NCBI GenBank assembly: GCA_012295275.1
Contig: CM022675.1
Span: 14,012,001-14,076,000, forward strand
Direction of reading: 5' to 3'
Source of the DNA: Chrysomallon squamiferum
Taxonomy: Eukaryota > Animalia > Mollusca
Length of the DNA stretch: 64,000 bases
The translations under genes were made by a program, and so were the position numbers. The notes under the pieces were generated by a model. The model ran no database searches and was not told where the DNA came from. It saw nothing but the letters and a program-made list of their open reading frames with translations. This document shows positions 14,346 through 28,200 of the stretch, one piece after another. Every line of letters starts with the position of its first letter. Position 1 is the stretch's first letter.

Positions 14346-14715
14346 TTCAGTGTTGTTTACGGCGTTGTGAGAATAAAAAACATTGTTTATGTAATATGTA
14401 CAACTCGTTTACTGCAGAGCTGGACCAAGCCATGCCTTGAAACATCAAAGGTTATTGTATGTATGTATGTATGTATGTATGTATGTATGTATGTATGTAT
14501 GCATGCATGTATGTATAAATGCATATTCAGTGTTGAAAAATCATCTTTTAATTATATAAAGAAATTATTTGTTAAGAATTTAACATTATGTAAAGGTATT
14601 AATAACTGAATACTGTATTATTTATAGATGTTTATAAAGACGGCAGCTGGACTCATGACTGGGCAAGGCAGAATTATTAAAGTGTTGTTTTAATGTGGGC
14701 TGTTACAGACTACTA

Positions 14716-14740
14716 ATGACAGTGAGTGAATCCGATCCCA
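14716..14740 (+). CDS. Candidate start-codon exon of the Deltex-like gene (MTVSESDP + 1 nt, phase 1)
   Basis: Acceptor-like TTACAG ends at 14708, ATG at 14716, and the segment ends GATCCCA|GTAAAC in phase 1, compatible with the array exons. The donor is weak. Confidence 0.25.
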
Positions 14741-14899
14741 GTAAACTGGGCAGTCCTTTTATCTGTGCTTCTGACGTTCTCCTTCTTGCCATATTAACTG
14801 TGAATGACTGAACTGTATAATACAGTGGAGTTAAATATACATATGTGATCCACAAACAATCTATAGTTTGGAAAAACCAAACATGGGTGTATTTTGGTA

Positions 14900-15430
14900 A
14901 GTTTTCATTGATAGTTTTTGTATAAATTAATTTATTGTTTGTATTGAGAAACCTGAGCATATAACTTACTAACATTATTCTGATATTATCTATATATTTC
15001 CATTGTTTATAATACAGTTTAGTGTTGATATTAAAAAAACTAAGAATATATCTTAATATCTCATATCATCTATACATTTGCATTGCTTCTATTTCAATTT
15101 AGTGTTTGTATTGAGAAAACTAAGAATATGTCTTCCTCAAAGTATTCTGATAATAGTGATATTATCTGTACATTTTCACTGTTTTTATAATTTAATTTAG
15201 TATTAATATTGAACAATCTATCAATATAAATTATTGAAACTATTTTTATATAGTTGATTTTACTTAACTTAGTAAAACTATTCTTATGATATTTTCATTT
15301 ATGGTGTTTATATAGCATAGTTTGATATTAGGGTTGACAAAACGAAGAATATAACTTCGTAACTATTCTGCTAGTTATATTTAGTACATTTGACAAAATT
15401 AGGAATATAACTTTGTAAAGCTGTTTCTAT
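14900..15430. repeat. Degenerate AT-rich minisatellite
   Basis: Recurrent 'tttagtgtt..tattga.aaaactaagaatat...tattctgata..atctatacattt' units. Confidence 0.6.
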
Positions 15431-16426
15431 AATTATTAGATTTACATAATTTAATGGTCCAGTTCAGAAAACAAACCATACATTTTTGCAGGTCAGCCTT
15501 TTTCGAAAATGTTCTTGTCCGGATAGGTATGTATTCGTCAAGAAGTATGACAAAATTGTTATCATTATAATGTTTCCTTTGATAGTTTGTAAACTGACAC
15601 ATTTTTGTTTCCATTGATCATAAATAAACAATTTAAAGCGGTTTAGGTACTGTCTGATACCTGAAATAAGCAAAACAAAACACACACTAATTATTGTTCC
15701 CTCAGACTATTATAATCATCCTTGTATTGGCCATTACTTATCTTAATATTGTAAAATAATGCTGATGTCAAAATCCGGAGCATCTATGTGTCATTAGATC
15801 ACACTGTTAAAAATACTTGTTAAAACATCTATAGCTGTAATCAGTAAATACTGTTCAGACAAATTCAATTATACTGTAAGCTGCTATATCTGTACACACA
15901 GAAAAAAAAAATACTCAACCCGTCTTTTCTGTGTTTCAAATACTGTTTCTATATTTATTAAATACATATGTAATTCCAGGTAAAACACTTCGACAAATTA
16001 TACATTGAAGTTGTGAATTATAAAAATGTATTTACTCTATTTTACTTTAGGATTGGAGATAGCTAACATATATCTAATATTTTTCTGTAAAACACTGATA
16101 GCTGAACAACATGGAAACATGCATATAAATACAGAGACAGTGCATATAAACATACATACCTGTGCGTAAATTTAGTACATACACAGAACACATACATACA
16201 CACAGATTTACATTCACACATGCATTATACAGATATACACAAATACGTTGAGAGTGTGTGTATGTCATATTTCTAGATATAGATAAAAACTGTTGTTTTT
16301 GTGTTTCAAAAACAGCTGCTACCTTTAATAATTATATCTAATTATGAGAATTTTGCAGGTAAAAGTATTGTCGAAAGTATGCACTGAAGTTGTGAATTAT
16401 AAAAATGTAATTACTCTGTTTCACAG

Positions 16427-19253
16427 CGGGACAACAGGCAGCAAACGGATCTACTCCTGTATCTACACAAATAGCAGATGACGATGTATCCAGTAAGAGA
16501 AACTGGAAGTTTTCTCTTCTCCACATGTTTAATAGATAACAGAATATAGAGTAGTCTTTAGTATTTTTCTGTCACAAACTGTGACCTCAAAAACATAGAA
16601 ACATGGACCTAAATACACAGACAAAACAAATAAACTTAAATACCTGTACCTACATTCAGCACATACATAGAACACATACATAGAGATACATATATATATG
16701 TAGCATTCATTACACAGATGTACACACAAATGTATTCACAGAGAGACACAGTTTATGTATGTTAAACTGCATCCTGTCATATTTCTAAATATAAATACAA
16801 AAAAAAAACAGTTTTTCGTGTTTATGAAACCGAACCTGCATTGAATAATAATATCTGATTCTCAGAATTTGGCAGTTAAAAACATTTTCACAAATTATGC
16901 ACTGAAGTTGTGAATGATAAAAAAATAATTGATTCTGTTTCCCTGCAGGACAACTGCTGACAGACGAATTTAATCATGCTTCTACAGAAATAGAAGATAA
17001 CTGCGAATCCGGTAATTTGAAAATTGAATTTTTATCTTTTCTACATATTTAATAAAAAACACACAGAATAATCAGTGGTCAGTATACTTTTTCTGTCACA
17101 CACTGTGTCCTGAACAACATAGAACGTGCACATAAATGCATACACACGGTACATATAAACAGACACACATGCACCTACACTTAGCACATACACCGAACAC
17201 ATACATTACCATACACATAAATGCAGACATATATTACACAGCCATACGCACATATGTTGAAGCAGAGACACTGTATATATATGTTAAACTGCATCCTGTC
17301 GTATCTCTACATATAGCTAAAGACTGTTGATTTTGTGTTTCAGAAACAGCTACTACCTTTAATAATTATATCTAAATCTCAGAAGTTTGCAGTTAAAAAC
17401 ATGTTACGAAATTATTCATTGCATTTTGAATTATAAAAATGTATTCACTGTGTTCCACTGCAGAACAACGACCAGCAGACGTATCCGATTCTGATTCTAA
17501 TCAAATAGAAGACAACTCTGAAACAGGTAATTTAAAAACTGAAAGTTTTCATTCTCTACATCTTTAATACATAACAGATTACAGAGTAGTCTTTAGTATT
17601 TTTCTGACACACATTGTGACCTAACCAACATCGAAACATGCAGTGAAATACACGGACACAAAATATAAAAACTTATATACCTGTACCTATATTTAGCACA
17701 TACACAGAATACATACACACAAACACATATAGATACAGACATGCATTACACAGAGGTGAACACAAATTTGTTAAACCGCATAGAGTTATATCTCTACACA
17801 TAGATAAACTTAGTTTTCTTGTTTTTAAGAAACTGTTTCTGTATTTATTAAATATACCTAATTTCAGGTAAAACACTTCGACAAATTATACATTGAAGTT
17901 GTGAATTATAAAAATGTATTTACTCTATTTTACTTTAGGATTGCAGCTAGCTAACATAAATCTAAACCTTTATACTCAAAGAGGAGACAGAGATGCATCC
18001 AGTAAGTTAGAAAGATAAATTTTTCACATCTCTAAGAAAACACAGTAGTCATTAGTATTTTTATGTCACACACTGTAACCTGAATAACATAGAAAGGTGC
18101 ATATAAATACACAGACAAGGAATATATAATTGATAATAGAATACATTAGTATTTTCATCTCAAATACTCTGACCTGAACAACAAATAAATGTGCACATAA
18201 ATACATAGACACGGTACATACAGACTTACATGCCTGTACCTACACTCAGCATATACACATAACACATACATAGACACACATATATACATGCAGACATATA
18301 TTACACAAACATACACACATGGTGTGTGTATGTTAAACTCCACACTTTCATATCTCTACATAGAAAAAAGGTTCATTTTGTGTTTCCAAAACAGCTACTA
18401 CATATAATAATCATATCTAATTCTGAGAAATTTGACGGTTGAAAACATGCATTGAAGGTGTGATTTACAAAACAGCATTTACTCTGTTTCACAGCAGGAC
18501 AACAGGCAGCAGACATATCTGATCCTGATTCTACACAAATAGCAGATAACGATGTATCCAGTAAGATAAACTGAAAGTTTGCTCTTCTCCACGTTTAATA
18601 GATAACAGAATACAGATTAGTCTTTAGCATTTTTCTGTGACACACTCTGACCTGAACAACATAAAAACGTGACTAAATACATACACACTACATGTAAACA
18701 CACATAGCTGTACCTACACTTCCCACATACACAGAGAACATACACAGACACACATATACATGCAGACATATATTATACAGACATTCACACAAACATGTCC
18801 AGACAGAGACACGCTGTGTATATGTTAAAATGCATCCTGTCATATCTCTACATATAGATAAAAACTGTTTTTCTTGTTATAAAAACAGCTACTATATTTA
18901 ATAGTAAAATCTAATTCTGAGAATTATGAGGTAAAAACATTTTTAGAAATTATGCACTGAAGTTGTGAATTATAAAAATGTAATTACTCTGTTTCACAGC
19001 AGGACAACAGGCAGCAGACATATCTCATCCCGCTTCTACACAAATAACAGATAACGATGTATCCAGTAAGTTAAAAACTGAAATTTTCTCTTCTCTACAA
19101 GTTTTATAGCTAACAGAGTACAGTTTAGTCTTTAGTATTTTTCTGTGGAACTGATCTGATAAACATAGAAACATGGACCTAAATACACAGACACAAAACA
19201 TATAAATTTAAATACCTGTACCTACATTTAGCACATACATAACACACATACAT

Positions 19254-19284
<31 letters not shown>

Positions 19285-22200
19285 CAGGCATGTACTATTC
19301 AGAAGTATACACATATTTATTCACGCAGAGACACAGTGTATGAACGTCAAACAGATTACTGTCATATCTCAACACATAAAAAAACATTTTTCTGTTTAAC
19401 AAACTGCTACTACATTTAATAATTATATCTTATTCTCACAATTTTGGAGGTAAAAACATTTTACAAAATCATGTATTGAATTTTGAATTATAAAAATGTA
19501 TTTACTGTTTCACTGCAGGACAGCTGCCAGCAGACATATCTTATTCTGATTCTACTCAAACAGTAGATAACTGTGACTCAGGTAAGTTGAAAACTGAAAG
19601 TTTTCTTTCTCTACATGATTAATAAATAACAGAAAACACAGTAGTCATTAGTAATTTTATGTCACACACTGTAACCTGAATAACAAAGAAAGGTGCATAT
19701 AAATACACAGACAAGGAATATATAAACACACATACCTGTACCACAAAATCACATATATAAAACACTTACATAGACACACATATACATGCAGACATGTATT
19801 ACAGAGACAAACACACAAATACATTCAGACACAGACACATTATGTGTATGTTAAATTCTATGCTATCATATCTCTACATATAGAAAAATCTTGGTCGTTT
19901 TGTGTTTCAAAAACAACTATTACATTTAATAATTATATCTAATTCTCAGAATTTTGCAGGTTAAAATATTTTCAGAAATTATGCACTGAAGTTCTGAATT
20001 ATAAAAGTATTTACTCTTTCTCACTGCAGGACAACAGCCATCAAAGATATCACATTCCGGTCCTACACAAATACAAGATAACGATGTATCTGGTAAGCAA
20101 AAAACTGAAAGTTTTCTCTTCTGTATATATTTCAAAGATTACAGCATACAGAGTAGTCATTAATATTTTTCTGTAAAACACTGCTAGCTGAACAACATGG
20201 AAAAATGCATATAAATACAGAAACACAGTGCATATAAACATACATACCTGTGCGTAAATTTAGTACATACACAGAACACATACATACACACAGATTTACA
20301 TTCACACATGCATTATACAGATATACACAAATATGTTGAGAGTGTGTGTATGTCATATTTCTAGATATAGATAAAAACTGTTGTTTTTGTGTTTCAAAAA
20401 CAGCTGCTACCTTTAATAATTATATCTAATTCTGAGAATTTTGCAGGTAAAAATATTTTCGAAAGTATGCACTGAAGTTGTGAATTATAAAAATGTAATT
20501 ACTCTGTTTCACAGCGGGACAACAGGCAGCAAACGTATCTACTCCTGTATCTACACAAATAGCAGATGACGATGTATCCAGTAAGATAAACTGGAAGTTT
20601 TCTCTTCTCTACATGTTTTATAGATAACAGAATACAGAGTAGTCTTCAGTATTTTTCTAGCACAAACTGTGACCTGAAAAACATAGAAACATGGACCTAA
20701 ATACACAGACAAAACAAATAAACTTAAATACCTGTACCTACATTCAGCACATACATAGAACACATACATAGAGATACATACATATATGTAGCATTCATTA
20801 CACAGACGTACACACAAATGTACTCACAGAGAGACACAGTTTATGTATGTTAAACTGCATCCTGTCATATTTCTAAGTATAAATAAAAAAACCCAGTTTT
20901 TCGTGTTTATGAAACCGAACCTGCATTCAATAATAATATCTGATTCTCAGAATTTGGCAGTTAAAAACATTTTCACAAATTATGCACTGAAGTTGTGAAT
21001 GATAAAAAAATAATTGATTCTGTTTCACTGCAGGACAACTGCCGACAGACGAATTTAATCATGCTTCTACAGAAATAGAAGATAACTGCGAATCCGGTAA
21101 TTTGAAAATTGAATTTTTATCTTCTCTACATATTTAATAAAAAAAAAACACAGAATAATCAGTGGTCAGTATACTTTTTCTGTCACACACTGTGTCCTGA
21201 ACAACATAGAACGTGCACATAAATGCATACACACGGTACATATAAACAGACACACCTGCACCTACACTTAGCACATACACCGAACACATACATTACCATA
21301 CACATAAATGCAGACATATATTGCACAGCCATACGCACATATGTTGAAGCAGAGACACGGTGTTTTTATGTTAAACTGCATCCTGTCGTATCTCTACATA
21401 TAGCTAAAAACTGTTGTTTATGTGTTTCAGAAACAGCTACTACCATTAATAATTATATCTAAATCTCAGAAGTTTGCAGGTAAAAACATGTTACGAAATT
21501 ATTCATTGCATTTTGAATTATAAAAATGTATTCACTGTGTTTCACTGCAGGACAACGACCAGCAGACGTATCCGATTCTGATTCTAATCAAATAGAAGAC
21601 AACTCTGAAACAGGTAATTTAAAAACTGAAAGTTTTCATTCTCTACATCTTTAATACATAACAGATTACAGAGTAGTCTTTAGTATTTTTCTGACACACA
21701 TTGTGACCTAACCAACATCGAAACATGCAGTGAAATACACGGACACAAAATATAAAAACTTATATACCTGTACCTATATTTAGCACATACACAGAATACA
21801 TACACACAAACACATAGATACAGACATGCATTACACAGAGGTAAACACAAATTTGTTAAAGTGCATAGTGTTATATCTCTACACATAGATAAACACAGTT
21901 TTCTTGTTTTTAAGAAACTGTTTCTGTATTTATTAAATATACCTAATTTCAGGTAAAACACTTCGACAAATTATACATTGAAGTTGTGAATTATAAAAAT
22001 GTATTTACTCTATTTTACTTTAGGATTGCAGCTAGCTAACATAAATCTAAACCTTTATACTCAAAGAGGAGACAGAGATGCATCCAGTAAGTTAGAAAGA
22101 TAAATTTTTCACATCTCTAAGAAAACACAGTAGTCATTAGTATTTTTATGTCACACACTGTAACCTGAATAACATAGAAAGGTGCATATAAATACACAGA

Positions 22201-25200
22201 CAAGGAATATATAATTGATAATAGAATACATTAGTATTTTCATCTCAAATACTCTGACCTGAACAACAAATAAATGTGCACATAAATACATAGACACGGT
22301 ACATACAGACTTACATGCCTGTACCTACACTCAGCATATACACATAACACATACATAGACACACATATACATGCAGACATATATTACACAAACATACACA
22401 CATGGCGTGTGTATGTTAAACTCCACAGTGTCATATCTCTACATAGAAAAAAACGTTCACTTTGTGTTTCCAAAACAGCTACTACATATAATAATCATAT
22501 CTAATTCTGAGATGTTTGAAGGTTAAAAACATCTTTAGGAAATATGCATTGAAGTTGTGAATTACAAAAAAGCATTTACTCTGTTTCACAGCAGGACAAC
22601 AGGCAGCAGACATATCTCATCCCGCTTCTACACAAATAGCAGATAATTATGTATCCAGTAAGTTAAAAACTGAAATTTTCTCTTCTCTACAAGTTTTATA
22701 GCTAACAGAATACAGTTTAGTCTTTAGTGGAACTGATCTGATAAACATAGAAACATGGACCTTAATACACAGACACAAAACATATAAACTTACATACCTG
22801 TACCTACATTTAGCACATACATAACACACATACATACAGGCATATACTATTCAGAAGTATACACATATTTATTCACGCAGAGACACAGTGTATGAACGTC
22901 AAACAGATTACTGTCATATCTCAACACATAGAAAAAAACATTTTTCTGTTTAACAAACTGCTACTACATTTAATAATTATATCTTATTATCACAATTTTG
23001 GAGGTAAAAAACATTTTACAAAATCATGTATTGAATTTTGAATTATAAAAATGTATTTACTGTTTCACTGCAGGACAGCTGCCAGCAGACTTATCTTACT
23101 CTGATTCTACTCAAACAGTAGATAAGTGTGCCTCAGGTAAGTTGAAAACTGAAAGTTTTCTTTCTCTACATGATTAATAAATAACAGAAAACACAGTAGT
23201 CATTAGCACTTTTATGTCACACACTGTGACCTGAATAACATAGAAAGGTGCATATAAATACACAGACAAGGAATATATAAACACACATACCTGTACCACA
23301 ATAAGAACATATACAGAACACTTACATAGACACACATATACATGCAGAGATGTATTACAGAGACATACACGCAAATACATTCACACACAGACACATTGTG
23401 CGTATTTTAAACTCTATGCTATCATACCTCTACATATAGAAAAGTATTGGTCGTTTTGTATTTCAAAAACAGCTATTACATTTAATAATTATATCTAATT
23501 CTCAGAATTTTGCAGGTTAAAATATTTTCAGAAATTATGCACTGAAGTTCTGAATTATAAAATGTATTTACTCTTTTTCACTGCAGGACAACAGCCATCA
23601 AAGGTATCAAATTCAGGTCCAACACAAATACAAGATAACGATGAATCTGGTAAGTATAAAACGGAAAGTTTTCTCTTCTGTATATATTTTATAGATTACA
23701 GCATACAGAGTAGTCATTAATATTTCTCTGTAGGACACTGCTAGCTGAACAACATGGAAACCTGAACATACATATAGAGAGACAGTGCATATAAAAATAC
23801 ATACCTGTGCGTAAATTTAGTACATACACATGACACATACATACACAGATTTACATTCCTACATGCATTATACAGATATACACACAAATATGGGGACCGT
23901 GTGTGTATGTTAAAGTGCATCATGTCATAGTTCTAGATATACATAAAAACTGTTGATTTTGTGTTTCAAAAACAGCTGCTATCTTTAATAATTATATCTA
24001 ATTCTGCGAATTTTGCAGGAAAAAATATTTTTAGAAATTATGCATTGAAGTTGTGAATTATAAGAATGTAATTACTCTGTTTCACAGCGGGACAACAGGC
24101 AACAAACATATCTCATTCCGGATCTACTCCAGCAGGAGATAACTCTGTATCCAGTAAGTTACAAACTTAAAGTTTTCTCTTCTGTACGTGTTTAACAGGT
24201 AACAGAATACACAGTAGTGACTAGTATTCTCCTTTCACACACTGTCACCTGAGAAACGTAGCAACGAGCATATATATATACACAGACACGGTCCATATAA
24301 ACACACATACCTGTACCTGGACTTAGCACATACAGAGAACACACAGATACACACACATATACATCCAGGCGTGCTTTGCACAGTCAAACCCGAAATACAT
24401 TCAGTGAGAGACACAGATATGTATGGTCAACTGCATGTTGTCATATCTCTACATACAAATTAAAGCAATTATTGCTACATGTTTAAGCCAATATATTGAA
24501 CGTTTTTACGTATTGTGCATTGACGGTGTGAATTATAAAAATAATTTACTCTGTTTCACAGCAGGAGCAAAGTCAGCAGACATATCTCATTCCGGATCTA
24601 AACAAAGAGGAGATAACGATGTATCCAGTAAGTTATAAACTTAAAGTTTTCTCTTCTGTATATGATTAACAGGTAACAGAATACACAGTAAACATTAGTA
24701 TTTTTCTGTGACACACTGTCATCTCAGAAACGAAGAATCGTGCATAAAAATACTTAGGCACCGTCCTTATAAACAGACATGTCTGCACCTAGACTTAGCA
24801 CATACACAGAACACATAGATACACACTCATATACATGCAACGTGCATTGCAAAGTCATACCCGAAATATATTCAGACAGAGAAAAATGCAGGTAAGAACA
24901 ACTGCATGCTCTCTTATTTCTACATACAAATTTGAAAAGGTGATCTCTCTTTGAACAACTGCTACTACATTTAATAATTACTGCTACATGTTTACGCAAA
25001 TATATCCAAAATATTTAGGAATTATGAATTGAATTGGTGAATTATAAAAAGTATTTACTCTGTTTCACAGCAGCGCCACAGTCAGCAAGCATATCTCATT
25101 CCGGATCTTTTCAAATAGGAGATAACTTTGAATCCAGTAAGTTGAAAACTGAAAGTTTTCTCTTCTGTACATGTTTAACAGTTAACAGAATACACAGTAG

Positions 25201-28200
25201 TGATTAGAATTTTTCTTTAACACACTGTCACCTCAGCAATGTAGAAACGTGCATACAAATGAATGGACACAGTCCATATAAACATATACATGTGTAACTA
25301 GACTCAGCACATGCACAGAACACTTACAAGCAGACATCCATTAGAGAGACATACACGAGAACATATTCAGACAGAGACACGGAGTATGTATGTTAAACTT
25401 CATATTTCTACATATAGATTGAAATAGGTTTTGTGTTTGAAAAATTGCTACTACGTTTAATAATTATATCTAATTCCAAGAATTTTGGAGGTAAATATTT
25501 TTTTAGAAATTATTCATTGAAGTTGTAAATAATTAAAGAGTACTTACGCTCTTTCACAGCAGGAGAACAGGCAGCAAGTGTATCTCATTCCGGATCCAAA
25601 CAAATAGGAGATAATTATGTATCCGGTAAGTTATAAACTGATAGTTTTCTCTTCCATACATGTCTTATAGGTAACATAATACACAGTGGTCATCTGTATT
25701 TTCATCTCTCAAAATGTGACCTGAGCAACGCAGAAACGTGCACGTAAATACACAAACACGGTACACATAAACATGTAAACTTATACGCATACGTAACACA
25801 TACACAGAACACATAGAAGCACACGCCTATACATGCAGAGGTGCATTCCACAGTCATACCCGAAATATATTCAGACGGAGACACTGTATGTAAGTTAAAC
25901 TGCATGTTGTCATGCCTCTACATAAGCAATAAAATGGTTTCTATATTTGAAAAACAGCTTATAGATTTAATAATTATTACGGAAATATGTCCAACATTTC
26001 TACGTATTATGCATTGAGGGTTCAAACTATACAATGTATTTAATCTGTTTCACAGCAGGATCAAAGTCAGCAATCATATCTCATTCCGGATCTACTCCAG
26101 CAGGAGATAACTCTGTATCCAGTAAGTTACAAACTTAAAGTGTTCTTTTCTGTACGTGTTTAACAGGTAACAGAGTACACAGTAGTGATTAGTATTCTCC
26201 ATTCACACACTGTCACCTGAGAAACGTAGCAACGAGCATATATATATGCACAGACACGGTCCATATAAACACACATACCTGTACCTGGACTTAGCACATA
26301 CAGGGAACACATAGATACACACACATATACATCGAGACGTGCTTTGCACAGTCAAACCCGAAATACATTCAGTGAGAGACACAGGTATGTATGATCAACT
26401 GCATGTTGTCATATCTCTACATACAAATTAAAGCAATTATTGCTACATGTTTAAGCCAATATATTGAACGTTTTTACGTATTGTGCATTGACGGTGTGAA
26501 TTATAAAAATAATTTACTCTGTTTCACAGCAGGAGCAAAGTCAGCAGACATATCTCATTCCGGATCTAAACAAAGAGGAGATAACGATGTATCCAGTAAG
26601 TTATAAACTTAAAGTTTTCTCTTCTGTATATGATTAACAGGTAACAGAATACACAGTAAACATTAGTATTTTTCTGTGACACACTGTCATCTCAGAAACG
26701 AAGAATCGTGCATAAAAATACTTAGGCACCGTCCTTATAAACAGACATATCTGTACCTAGACTTAGCACATACACAGAACTCATAGATACACACTCATAT
26801 ACATGCAACGTGCATTGCAAAGTCATACCCGAAATATATTCAGACAGAGAAAAAGGCAGGTAAGAACAACTGCATGCTCTCTTATTTCTACATACAAATT
26901 TGAAAAGGTGATCTCTCTTTGAACAACTGCTACTACATTTAATAATTACTGCTACATGTTTACGCAAATATATCCAAAATATTTAGGAATTATGAATTGA
27001 ATTGGTGAATTATAAAAAGTATTTACTCTGTTTCACAGCAGCGCCACAGTCAGCAAGCATATCTCATTCCGGATCTTCTCAAATAGGAGATAACTTTGTA
27101 TCCAGTAAGTTGAAAACTGAAAGTTTTCTCTTCTGTACATGTTTAACAGTTAACAGAATACACAGTAGTGATTAGAATTTTTCTTTAACACACTGTCACC
27201 TCAGCAATGTAGAAACGTGCATACAAATGAATGGACACAGTCCATATAAACATATACATGTGTAACTAGACTCAGCACATGCACAGAACACTTACAAGCA
27301 GACATCCATTAGAGAGACATACACGAGAACATATTCAGACAGAGACACGGAGTATGTATGTTAAACTTCATATTTCTACATATAGATTGAAATAGGTTTT
27401 GTGTTTGAAAAATTGCTACTACGTTTAATAATTATATCTAATTCCAAGAATTTTGGAGGTAAATATTTTTTTAGAAATTATTCATTGAAGTTGTAAATAA
27501 TTAAAGAGTACTTACGCTCTTTCACAGCAGGAGAACAGGCAGCAAGTGTATCTCATTCCGGATCCAAACAAATAGGAGATAATTATGTATCCGGTAAGTT
27601 ATAAACTGATAGTTTTCTCTTCCATACATGTCTTATAGGTAACATAATACACAGTGGTCATCTGTATTTTCATCTCTCAAAATGTGACCTGAGCAACGCA
27701 GAAACGTGCACGTAAATACACAAACACGGTACACATAAACATGTAAACTTATACGCATACGTAACACATACACAGAACACATAGAAGCACACGCCTATAC
27801 ATGCAGAGGTGCATTCCACAGTCATACCCGAAATATATTCAGACGGAGACACTGTATGTAAGTTAAACTGCATGTTGTCATGCCTCTACATAAGCAATAA
27901 AATGGTTTCTATATTTGAAAAACAGCTTATAGATTTAATAATTATTACGGAAATATGTCCAACATTTCTACGTATTATGCATTGAGGGTTCAAACTATAC
28001 AATGTATTTAATCTGTTTCACAGCAGGATCAAAGTCAGCAATCATATCTCATTCCGGATCTACTCCAGCAGGAGATAACTCTGTATCCAGTAAGTTACAA
28101 ACTTAAAGTGTTCTTTTCTGTACGTGTTTAACAGGTAACAGAGTACACAGTAGTGATTAGTATTCTCCATTCACACACTGTCACCTGAGAAACGTAGCAA

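Noticed and set aside
15399-15685. Minus-strand ORFs following an acceptor-like TTATTTCAG
   Set aside because: No recognisable domain or partner exons; not enough support to call.
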